DNA of 64,000 nt. It comes from the human T2T-CHM13v2.0 reference genome, Homo sapiens. A model generated the notes under the pieces. It did no database searches. It was not told the DNA's origin and saw only the letters and a list, made by a program, of their open reading frames with translations. The position numbers and the translations under genes were made by a program. Location: positions 12,800,001 through 12,864,000 of the forward strand of contig CP068257.2 of assembly GCA_009914755.4 (NCBI GenBank), read 5' to 3'. This document shows, in pieces, positions 30,201 to 41,449 of this stretch (positions are counted from its first letter, which is position 1; each line of letters starts with the position of its first letter).

Positions 30201-31194
30201 TGGTTGATGTCAATTGCACAAACATTTGTTTCAGAGAAATGGGTGTTTCAGTTGGATAAATTTTAATTAAGTAACCTTTACTGTACAAGTAGTTGCTTTT
30301 GAAGCCAGGAGAAAAATGACTATAATTTATTAATTCTATAATCCAGAATCTGAAGATATTGAATCTTGTCTACTCTAACCTTGAATATAATTTTCACTAT
30401 GAATGTCCTAAATATCTGGCCACAAGAATAAGGAATACAAAACATTTCCAATGTATTGTTAAATTCTTCTCCTATTGCAAATGCCTAGGCATTTAATTAT
30501 TAATTAAATAATTTAATTTATTTATTATTATAAATTTATTAATATAAATTAAATAATAATTTAATTATTCTCAAGCTCATATATACAGGACTTGATTGCT
30601 GATGCTGGTAAGCAAAGTAGCCAAAAGTCTTGAATTTCCAGATCATTTGGTTCTGAAATAATTTATTTGTGATTGCTGCTTCCACACCACTTGTATACAT
30701 TACTACTGTAGTATATCACATTTCATAGGGATGTATTTATTTATACATATGCCAAAGGACCACACTGAACTCTTAATTCCTTGAGAACAGGTGCTGTATC
30801 TTATTTTTCCCAAAGCTTAGCAGATTTACCAGGTACCTAGAACATATTCAATGAAGAGTTGATGAGGGAGTGGAGAAACAAATTATGATATAAAAAATCA
30901 CTTTTCTTTCAGGAAGTAGCAAAGTGTAGATTTACAGGTCTTCAAAGAACCTTCTGCTTTTACTAAAGCCAAAATCACAGTGTTTTTGCTTTGCAAGAAT
31001 ATTTTAAACTTGTATAATGCTCTTTAGCCCATAACAGCTATGTTACACAGAAATTTAAAACATCTGAGGGATAAAAATAGCATATACTTAACTGTTATAT
31101 TCATAAATTCATTTTATTGAAGGACTTTTCTGTCCTGTTCAAAAAAAAGTTGTTGATTGAACACACACAACACATATACAAGAAAAAAAGAACA

Positions 31195-31480
31195 GGTCAG
31201 GTGTGGTGGCTCACGCCTGTAATCCCAGCACTTTGAGAGGACAAGACGGGTGGATCACCTGAGGTCGGGAGTTCGAGACCAGCCTGACCAACATGGAGAA
31301 ACCCCATCTCTACTAAAAATACAAAATTAGCCAGGTATGGTGGCGCATGCCTGTAATCCCATCTACTCGGGGGGCTGAGGCAGTAGAATCGCTTGAACCT
31401 GGGAGGCGGAGGTTGTGTTAGGCCGAGATCATGCTATTGCCATTGCACTCCAGCTTGGGCAACAAGAGCGAAACTCCGTC
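31195..31480 (+). mobile_element. Full-length Alu SINE (plus orientation)
   Basis: 'ggtcaggtgtggtggctcacgcctgtaatcccagcactttgagagg...gcactccagcttgggcaacaagagcgaaactccgtc'. Its A-rich tail merges into the tetranucleotide repeat that follows. Confidence 0.92.
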
Positions 31481-31496
31481 AAAAAAGAAAGAAGGA

Positions 31497-31568
<72 letters not shown>

Positions 31569-31750
31569 AGGAAGGAAGGAAGGAAGGAAGGAAGGAAGGA
31601 AGGAAGGAAGGAAGGAAGGAAGGAAGGAAGAAAGAAAGAAGGAAAGGAAGAAAGAAGGAAAGGAAGGAAGGAAGGAAGAAAGAAAGAAGGAAAGGAAGAA
31701 AGAAGGAAAGGAAGGAAGGAAGCAAGGAAGAGAGAAAGAAAGAGAGAGAG

Positions 31751-31789
<39 letters not shown>

Positions 31790-31809
31790 GAAAGAAAGAA
31801 AGAAAGAAA
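31481..31809. repeat. Compound tetranucleotide microsatellite (GAAA)n(GGAA)n(GAAA/GGAA interspersed)(GAGA)n(GAAA)n, ~330 bp, pure purine on + strand
   Basis: Direct reading of 31481..31809 gives ~13 consecutive GAAA, then ~14 GGAA, then mixed GAAA/GGAA/GAAAG blocks, then a GAGAGAGAGA stretch, then ~10 GAAA. It grew from the poly-A tail of the adjacent Alu. It is the source of five overlapping 'KERKKERKK / FLSFFLSFF' ORFs in the ORF track (31393..31916), which are artefacts. Confidence 0.97.
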
Positions 31810-31957
31810 CAATACACATAAGTTTTAAGGGATATGGATGTTTATATCTGTTTGTATTAAACTTACTGCTAATAATCTACTTTTTCCTATGGTCTACTAA
31901 TAAATGCCAAGAATAGGGGGAACGATCCTCTTATTTAATGCTGGAGATAGTTTATTT

Positions 31958-32460
31958 GCTGTCTCAGTTTCCTGTGGTTGTTACAGCAAATTCACCACCA
32001 ACTTGGTGCTATAAACCAACAGAAATTAATTCTCTCTTGGTTTTGGAGGTCAGTCAGAAATCGGTTATCAATGGACTAACATCAAGGTGTGTCTGCAGAG
32101 CCACACTTTCTCTAGAGGTGCTAGGGGAGAATCCATTCCTTGCCTCTTCCAGCTTCTGGTGGCTTCCAGCTTTCCCTGCTTATGGTTACTTTACTCCAAT
32201 GATCAAGGCCAGCATCTTCAAATCTCCTTTTGCTCTGTCTTCACATGGTCTTTTCTTTTCCATGGGTTAAATCTTCCTCTGCCTTTCTCTTATAAGGACA
32301 TTTGTGGTGGCATTTAGGGACCCACTCACTCCTTACTTTAAAATCCTTAATTTAGTCACATCTGCAAAGACCATTTCCCCAAATAGGGTGACATTTACGA
32401 GGTTCCATTGATTCCAATCTGCTGTCTTTGGGGGGCAATGATTCAGCCTCCTACACTTGC
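31958..32460 (+). repeat. Second, longer copy of the same interspersed repeat family as 3284..3655, same orientation
   Basis: 'tgctgtctcagtttcctgtggttgttacagcaaattcaccaccaacttggtgctataaaccaacagaaattaattctctcttggttttggaggtcagtcagaaatcggttatcaatggactaacatcaaggtgt...cttataaggacatttgtggtggcatttagggacccactcactccttactttaaaatccttaatttagtcacatctgcaaagaccatttccccaaatagggtgacatttacgaggttccattgattccaatctgctgtctttggggggcaatgattcagcc' tracks the family consensus end to end. It explains ORFs 31938..32270 and 32087..32317. Confidence 0.6.
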
Positions 32461-34120
32461 TCTGCCCACTATTTTCATTAATGACTAAGTAATGGGATTC
32501 TAGATGATGTACCCTAGTGTACTTTTCTCCACACTCCCTGACACAGGAATAATGATACTGTGTAATACTTGAGTGTTGGAAAACTATCAACTAAATAACA
32601 CTATCAAGAAAACACTGCCTAAAGAAGCAGGCTTTGGCAAGTAGGGCTCAGAGAGGGAGCTCATAACTGCATGATAATACTTCCCATAAATTATAGTAAT
32701 GTTAATTGTCTCCCTCAAAGCAAGGCCATTAAGCCGCTTACTGCTTCTACCTTAATAATTTATTTTGATATTTCTTGTGGCCCTACCTTTTCAACGGTCT
32801 TTTACTTTTTACCCAGAGGGGATGTAAACACCTCCCTGACAGTCCTTTGTTGTATATTTCATCTCTAAGTATAACAGGAGAGGGAAGCAAATGACCAAAT
32901 AGGTCGTGATAAGCTCTGCAGCCAACCAAGACAAAAGGCTCTAGAAGACTACAGTAGGAAGAGCTTCATTCGGAAATACAAATCCTAACACATGGAAAAA
33001 AGTAAGTAGATCTACATGCCCTATCTAAACAACTGAACTGTCAGTGACTTTGTCACTAACCAGGAAGAGATTTTCTGTTTTATTTATTTCCACTGTGCTG
33101 AGGTAAGACCATCCTCAACATGAAAGAAGGCGTTTCATTCCTTCAACACATTTCTATGAATCTCCTACTATATGCCAGATATATTATGTACCAAGCACTG
33201 ATTAATTTAGCTGCTTTCTTTCACCCTCTCTGACTATAGTTTTTCATGTAATTTGCAGGGTCAAAACTTTGCAAAGTCCTATGCTTGGCCATTTAAATCT
33301 GAGCCAAGGTCACATAAGGACAATTTAGTTAGAGTGGGAGAGAAAGGAAAAAACAAGAAAGCTAAAAAGTTACATAAATGTCCTCTAGCAAGCAGGTTCC
33401 TTGTTCTGAGGGCTAATGTACTGTAGCAATTCATCAGTCATTCTAATAGTCTTTTAACTTCTGTCAGAAAGTCTACTGAATGCTAACATTTTAAATGTTT
33501 AATATTCTAAAACATATTTTCATTAATCATGCAAATTATCTGGACATCCGTATTTTACAACAACCTCTTTTGAGACTAAGAGGCCTAAGAGTTTGTGTAT
33601 GAGAGCCTGATGTTAGCAAGTGATACTGTAGATGAAGTATAACTTAGAATCAAAGAATTTTAGATGTGAAAAACTGCTAATGTAATTTCAGTATCTATGT
33701 GTTATCATATTTATACACACCCTCCAAAATGCTATTAATGTCAGATATTTCTAATTAGGTAGCAAGCAGCCTAAAATATGCACTTCCTTCATTCTGCTTT
33801 ATCATATGGTTGCTGGATGCATATTAATATTGTTGGGTGGTACATTTTCCCAATAGAATTGACCCTGTGTTTCATAGTAAAGTGGACACTGGATTTTGTT
33901 ATTAGTAAAGGAGAAAAGAAGTGTTAATTGCAGTTAGGTTGGCCTGAACTGCAGCATGAAAACCTCCATTTATATGCTGCCAGTCACTCCAATTCCAGAA
34001 TTTCTTAGCTTCTTGGAAAAAGGAGAAGTATATGTCTGGGCCCCATGAAACAGGTGGATTAAGAATTGAAAGGGTACAAGACATGAATTTTGATGGAGTT
34101 AGTGGAAATTCTTTACCCTT

Positions 34121-34176
34121 TTTTCTTTTCTTTCTCCTCTCCTCTCCTCTCCTCTTCTTTTCTTTTCTTTCTTTTC
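34121..34176. repeat. Pyrimidine-rich simple repeat (TCTCC)n/(TTTC)n
   Basis: 'tttctttctcctctcctctcctctcctcttcttttcttttctttcttttcc'. Confidence 0.85.
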
Positions 34177-34316
34177 CTGAAGCAAACTGATTGCCAGCAA
34201 GGCTGGTGGCTGGTAGTGAAATAGAAAAAAATGACCTGAGACCATGTAAGTGTAGTTATACCGGAGCCATAGAGCTCACTGCTTTCAAGAACATGGCCTA
34301 AGTAATTTGAAGCCAT

Positions 34317-34571
34317 GGCCGGGCGCGGTGGCTCACGCCTGTAATCCCAGCACTTTGGGAGGCCGAGGCAGGGGGATCACAAGGTCAGGAGTTCAAGACC
34401 AGCCTGACCAACATGGTGAAACCATGTCTCTACTTAAAAAAAAATACAAAAATTGGCCAGGCTTGGTGGTGCACACCTGTAATCCCAGCTACTCAAGAGG
34501 CTGAGGCAGGAGAATCTCTTGAACCAGGGAGGCTGGGCAACAGAGTAAGACTCCGTCTCAAAAAAAAAAAG
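34317..34571 (+). mobile_element. Alu SINE (plus) with an internal deletion in the right arm, poly-A tail
   Basis: 'ggccgggcgcggtggctcacgcctgtaatcccagcactttgggaggccgaggcaggg...gaaccagggaggctgggcaacagagtaagactccgtctcaaaaaaaaaaag'. The segment between 'gaaccagggagg' and 'ctgggcaacagag' that normally holds 'cggaggttgcagtgagccgagatcgcgccactgcactccagc' is missing. Confidence 0.88.
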
Positions 34572-35092
34572 AAGTCATGAGGTCATGAGCATTGGTGGAT
34601 CACTGTACTTGCCCAGCTACCAGCAGGAAACACAATCAAATTAGGAAATCCCAGGAAGGCTTATTTATAAAGGGACTAATTACAAAGGTGTGGGCAGAGT
34701 AGAGGGCAGGGGAACCAATAAGGGCTGCACTGGTAGTGGGAGCTAAGAGCTACAGAGCTGTTACTCAATCTAGACCCTAAGAGATCAGGAGGAAGAGCAA
34801 TTACTAGAATCTCAAGGAAGGAGAATCATGTAAAAGGTCACCTTGAAAGGACTAGCAACCTTTGATTAAGGGAAGCACCAGCACAAGGTGATCTCACAGG
34901 GAAAACAAATACCCTGACCTCACTCCTCAGGGAATGAGGGGACTTTCTGCTCACTGAGCCCAACAGGAACCTCAGGGCACAGAACTGGAATGTAGTAGCT
35001 TATACAGGTGAATATATCTGAGTGAATATCCAGGCTTCACAAGTGGAGAGTAGATTGGAGAGGAGAGTCAGAAACATCTCATTTTGGTATGA

Positions 35093-35320
<228 letters not shown>

Positions 35321-36569
35321 TAGCAGCATTGCTGTATCTTCAGTACACCAGCATGAACCACCTTAGCCCCTGAGTAATCAGATATTTTTTTAAAACATAC
35401 AAATGTGATCCAGACAGTTCATTATTCTCCCTATATCACTATTTCAGTGTAACAGTGTGCTTTTAAACGTCTGTAGTTTGTATTGCTAAAGGAACACTTA
35501 AGACCTCACTTTTTTACATTGTTTGCCTTCTAATTATATTTTTCTAGTAAAATATTTAACCATTACTTCCTGAATCACGGATTCTAAGGTGCAATAAAAA
35601 TCCAAAGGGAAATATATTTGTTTCCTACAGAGACAGTTTTTTTTTTTTCCCAGAGCATTTTCAATGACTGCTGCAGAAACGAATGAGTAAAGGTTTCCGA
35701 AATGAATAGTTGCAGAAAACCAACTTACTGTCATACAGAAGTCCATGCAGCCCCCGGGTAAAAGTACTTATGTATCTCCTTTTGTTGAGTTCTCTATTTT
35801 TTTTTATGAATATGCATATTGGGGGATAAACTTCCATCTGCTCTCTTTTAGCTGATTCTATCACATTTTTGAGCTTTGCATCATTATGGAGCTTCAGAGA
35901 AAGATGATCATTTACATTACATATGGATATAAAGGAGAGAAGGAGTTGATGAATTGCAAACAAGTATAATTTATATGGACAAAGTGTGCCAGAAGTGCTT
36001 TTCACCCCATTTTACTCGGCAACTGGAATGATTCCTGCCCATTCACTTGGCCTAGTGCCCAAGAACTCAGAAAGGAAATGATCCTGTTAGCCTTACACAT
36101 CAGGATTCTACTCCTGCCCTATGAGGAAATGCTGCTTTGCACTCAGGCCCATCAGGGACCCCAGAAGGTCAAAAGAAACCACTGAATATACTAATGTCAT
36201 TTTTTTACTTTCTTCCCTCATGGTTTCTTAACTTATAATTTATGTCACACAGACCTTCTGATACTCTAACTGTTGGTAATTCAAATGTGAGAAGTTTGCA
36301 TGACGAAGATAGGGAAGGAAGAGTTATGAAAAGGTCATATATGTTCCTGGTAGCTTCTCAGCCTCTTTCTGCACTTCGATTTCCCATGGCAGATTATTTG
36401 CCTAAATGCTCTTAAGCTTTATAAATAGGTAAATATCTACATTTAGGCGGCCTTCCTGAGGGCTTCTCTGTTGCCTATAGCACAATGAGTTGTGACTCCA
36501 TAATTTATCAGAGACCAGGGTCCAAGGTGCACTAATAGCAGTAATAACCCCAAAACTTTTATTTTTTCA

Positions 36570-37082
<513 letters not shown>

Positions 37083-38479
37083 TCATTGCTTCTGACAAAC
37101 ACAGTTGTCATAGCTCTGAGACAATTTGTGTCTTAAGAATTTCAAATGCCTGCAAGTCCATGCCTGCATTGTGGCAGCATGTGCACTGCTTCCACTGAAT
37201 GTCCAGACATCAATGAATAAAAATGAAGTAGTGGATATAATAGCAGTAGTTGTTTTTATGCACATACTACATGCGTCGTGCTGTGTGCTTTACACACATT
37301 ATCTCATTTAATTGACAACATTTTGTAGATTAAAAAAAAAAGACTAAGCTTAGAGGATAAATGACCTGCCCAGTCACACAATTCTCAAACCAGATGCTTC
37401 AACTCCATGATCTCCTCCAGTCTCTATGTTTAGGTGAACATTGGGTGTGATCAGAGAAATTCGGCAGTTAAATAGGAGGTAACATAAAAAGAGGGTTGCT
37501 TTTATCTCATTTCCATAGCCAAAAAACCTGGTCAAGTTTAGAAGCTGCTGTTCTTTTACCTACATTTAGTCCCTATTCGTTTTGCTCTCAACCTTTACGT
37601 GATTGTAGCGTGACTTCCCACTTTATGAAAGAGTACTTGAAGTCTGTATGCAAATTATTCAAGTTTTTTGATGGTTGTGGGGAGGATGGAAGTGCGTGCG
37701 TGTGTGAGGTGATGGAGTATCTAAAATTTCTTCCTATTATTTTTCTCAGAACTTCTGCTTGTAACGGAAGTTTCTCAACATGAAATGTCATCAATTTGGC
37801 CTCATTCAGGAAGTTGCAGGGCACTTGACTGTAACCTCAGTAAATTGTACGTTTTCTGAAATCCTGATAATCTTTAGCTGCCTATCATTTTGAAATTTTA
37901 AAAGTTATTTTATTTCTGAACTAACTCCCTTGGCAATTTAATTGATTAAAAGAGAAAAGATTATAATGAAATACTTCAGAATGTAGATATATTCATCTGT
38001 ACATTACAAGGGGAACTCAGAATTTAAATGATCTGATTTTTGTATTCATCAAAAAATTACTATGAGGATTTTATTTATTTATCTGGAATAAAATTCCTCT
38101 AACCATGCATATTGTCACAACATACTTGAATTTACAAAGATACGGAATCTCTGGGATCAGAATAACGGTATATTCTGATCTGTGTATATATGAAAGACTC
38201 AGTGGGTTCCAATGAGAGAAGCTATGCTATGATTCTCATGCGGTTATATAGTTAAAAAGACCTTTGTTGGCATAGTCTTGGACAGCATACATGTTCCAAC
38301 TTTAAATATTGCTGAGTGAATAAATAAACATATGAGACTGGGAAATGTCGTCAGGGTTCAACCTAGAAACACAAAGCCAGTATCATGATCTTGTAATTAT
38401 TATAATGTTAATCCTTTAGCCATCTTAAAAGGCTTGGACTCATGTCTCTCACTCAGCCAAAAGCAGCAGAAGGTCCAAG

Positions 38480-38950
38480 TTCCTCAGCTACCTCCCAACC
38501 TTGGATGAGCCGTTTCTTATCTTTCCGCTGCTCTTTATTCAGCTTTCCATGGCCAAGAGAAAAACCTGTCTTCCTTCTGTTGATGTTCCCTGCCCCACGT
38601 TGAGGGAGCTGAGGCGAGAGCTGCAGAGGATCCGTAAGGAGCTGTGGGTAAGGTGAGGACAGCAGCCCTCCCTTAATGTGGAGTATACGTCCGCTATTCT
38701 TGTGTCCTTTTTAGTGCGGAACTCCGTGATGAGGCCTTCCTCCTGACCACTTGAGCCTCATGGTGTCTCCTCTTTTTAGGAATCCAATCTCTCTTCCTGT
38801 GCTTCAATCTCCTCAAGGGCTCTGCAGCACTTCCCCTCAAAAGCATTTCCCTAAATCCTTGACTGGGTACCAGACCTTCATTTTTAAGTGATTGAAGTTG
38901 TGGCTGAGTATGCGTCATGGGCGATTGCCACCGTTTTAAAGTCAAGTAGT
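38480..38950 (+). other. CpG-enriched unique block containing a 33-codon ATG-initiated ORF (MAKRKTCLPSVDVPCPTLRELRRELQRIRKELW) that ends at a consensus splice donor (GTAAGGTGAGG)
   Basis: ATG at 38540. The frame is open to ...GAGCTGTGG|gtaaggtgagg (~38638). There are at least 11 CpG dinucleotides within ~450 bp (ccgttt, ccgctg, cacgtt, ggcgag, atccgt, tacgtccgct, tgcggaactccgtgat, tgcgtc, ggcgat, ccaccgtt), whereas the surrounding sequence is strongly CpG-depleted. I did not recognise any protein homolog. Confidence 0.25.
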
Positions 38951-41059
38951 TTGTTAGTTGCTCCCCAACTTACAATTTCCTGGCATCTCCATAAAGAAGC
39001 TATCCTGTCTTGATCTCCCTGAGGCAGCAGGTGATTAAAGTTTTAAAATCATGGTTAGTGACTGCTGTGTTTAAGGAGGCCCCAGAATAATCGATTTGGA
39101 GTGGTAGCTGTAGCAAGAGTGGGGTCATGATGGAGGCAGCACCTTGGAAAACTGAAATGAAACACCATTTCATGCTGTGAAGGGGGAAGAATAGAGGTAG
39201 ACATGTGCTTTAGCCTCACCTGGGCACTGCATATGCGGTTAAATCTCAGGGGTCTGGAAAAATATGCCGGACGTTAGCAGTGTAATGTTGTCCTCCAGCA
39301 TTTGAAATAACACTTTGTGTTTCCTGTTTTTTCCTAAGGTATTACGTTTTATTGGTTAAAAAAAAAATAGGTCACTTTGGAAGGTACTTACCTACAGTAC
39401 CTATATAAATTGAATGGATCAATTTAAATAGGAAGATGGAATCTGTTATATAGGAATAATCATCATATTCAATGCCCTCTAGCAAATATTTCCTAAGTGC
39501 CCACTGTGTGCCAGGTATTATGTTAGGCACCAGAGATTAAAAAGGCTAAACAAAATAATCTCTGTCACAAGGAGGTCACAGTCTTACGGAAGGGCAATTG
39601 TCATACAAATATATAAAGCATAATATGACAAGTGCTATGAACCACAATTTACAAGTTGCTATGGAAACACAAAGAAGAGAGCACCAAAGGGAATCATGGA
39701 AGGCTTCACAGAGTAAGTGACCTTTAGGATGGAGGAAAGAGGGAGACTTCCTAATGTGGAAAATAGCAGGAGACACTCCAGGAAAATAAATAGCATATGG
39801 AAAGTCACAAAGGGAAGAAAATTGCAAGTATATTGTTATGGCTGGAGTGTAGATTGAGAGGTGTGTGTGTATGGTGGTGGTGGTGAGGGGGTAGTTACAA
39901 TTCATAAGGTAGGTAAAAAGCAATTGGGGAAGACCTTATGCAGCCTGGAAGGAAGTTTGGATATTATACTAAAGACAATGAGAAGCCCTCCAAAACTTTC
40001 AAGCAGAAAAGTACCTGATTTGATTCATGGATTAGAAAGATTTATCTGGAGGCTGTGTGGAGGATGGATGAGAAGGTAGGGGGTCAGTTGGAAAGCTACT
40101 GCCATTTTCCGTGCATGAGATCATGAGGATCCAAAGCAAGACAACAACCATGGAAATGGATAGAAGGCCATGAATATGAAAGCATTTGTAGAGGTAGGAT
40201 CCATAGGGCTTGATTACTTATTGAATTTGTATGAGGAGGATATATGTGAGATGAAGCAAGAAGTGATTTTCTGCTTTGATGACTGGCTGGGTGATAGTAG
40301 CAGTAAAGAGGAGTTGGCAATAAAAAAGCAGAAACAAATTTGTAGAGAAAATCGATGGTTTGGTTATGTTGAATTGAAGTTTCCTGAGGGTATCAAGTGA
40401 GTCAGATAAACATCACTGGGGTTCAGGGGACAGATGAGTTTGAGGAGGTTGAGATTATTGCTATGGGATGCACTTATATTACAAAAAGTGAGGGGTGTCT
40501 GGGAGGAGATATTTTCTCTAAAGTCCAATATTAAAACCCTTAAGTAACATTACTCTGGAAAATGCAATATGCAAATAGTTCTTTTTATTATTAACATTAG
40601 GGTATGTCAAATTTTAAAATATTTACACTTAAAGACAAAACATTTCCACAATTATTACAATTGGTTTCACTAAATCAGAAGTGACTACACATTATCTCTA
40701 CTTTTATACCAGAAAACAAAATGAAGAAATCAACAAAATATAATTACTAAAACTCCACTGTGGATCAGGATAAAATGTGTCCAATATTAACTCACACTTT
40801 CCCAATAAGTATAAAAATGAATATAACATTGCTTGGACAACTTGTTTCAACAGCGAATCCTCTATTACTATTTGTTCAATAACATATATAAATTCAAAAC
40901 TGGCAGGTATGAAAAAAGGTTACTTTGTTTTTTGCAGATACTGTACTTGTAAAATAAAGCCAAATAAAGCATATGTCACACATACCAAAGTCTTACATTT
41001 TGCCTTTCTAATACAAGCAAGTGAAATATTAACACATAGCATTTAAAATAATAAATATA

Positions 41060-41246
41060 TATTTTATTGACAGTAATTTGGAATGTTAGAGATACAAAAT
41101 TTTATGTACAATTATTCAGATTAAAACATTTAAACTTTAGGTTTTATTTACAAATATTTATCTTATCTTCCTCTCCTATTTGACGTTTTAGCTCAAGAAG
41201 AGTTAAAATGGAATGCATCTGTAGATATATAGTTGGGAATGCGTGT
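41060..41246 (-). other. SAMSN1: SAMSN1 3' UTR (proximal part) with candidate polyadenylation signals
   Basis: This is the sequence immediately after the TGA stop on the minus strand. AATAAA hexamers on the minus strand correspond to plus-strand TTTATT at 41143..41148 (~100 nt past the stop) and 41063..41068 (~180 nt past the stop). The true 3' end could lie further downstream (lower coordinates); I cannot decide without transcript data. Confidence 0.4.
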
Positions 41247-41449
41247 TCAGTCACTTGGCTCTGTGATAATAATCTTATGTACCATGTCAGACAGATTTTC
41301 AGACTCCAGATCCTCTTTGCCATTATCTGAATTTCCTGATGAGATATAGCAACCAGAGTCCCTTGGGCAGTCATCTAACTGTGACTTATTTAAGGAGATG
41401 TCTGAGCTCAAGGATAGGGGCTCAGGTTCATTTTCTTGCTCTTGAATAA
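41247..41449 (-). CDS. SAMSN1: SAMSN1 terminal coding exon (coding part incl. stop): acidic/Ser-rich C-terminus ..IIQEQENEPEPLSLSSDISLNKSQLDDCPRDSGCYISSGNSDNGKEDLESENLSDMVHKIIITEPSD*
   Basis: Acceptor is tccatttacAG (AG at 41451..41450). The exon starts with TT, completing the split codon A|TT (Ile) from the SAM exon, giving ..FLEEE-I-IQEQENEPE... The open frame runs to TGA at 41249..41247. The sequence matches the remembered SAMSN1 C-terminus. Confidence 0.85.

Noticed and set aside
31393-31916. Five overlapping ORFs (112-161 aa) encoding [11 protein letters not shown]... (+) and [11 protein letters not shown]... (-)
   Set aside because: They are translations of the (GAAA)n/(GGAA)n microsatellite, with no start context. 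Low-complexity artefacts.
38694-38945. 83-aa minus ORF MTLKRWQSPMTHTQPQLQSLKNEGLVPSQGFREMLLRGSAAEPLRRLKHRKRDWIPKKRRHHEAQVVRRKASSRSSALKRTQE
   Set aside because: It is an Arg/Lys-rich low-information peptide with no splice context, lying opposite the CpG-enriched block. It is more likely chance openness. The plus-strand ATG...GT donor arrangement is the more interesting reading of this locus.
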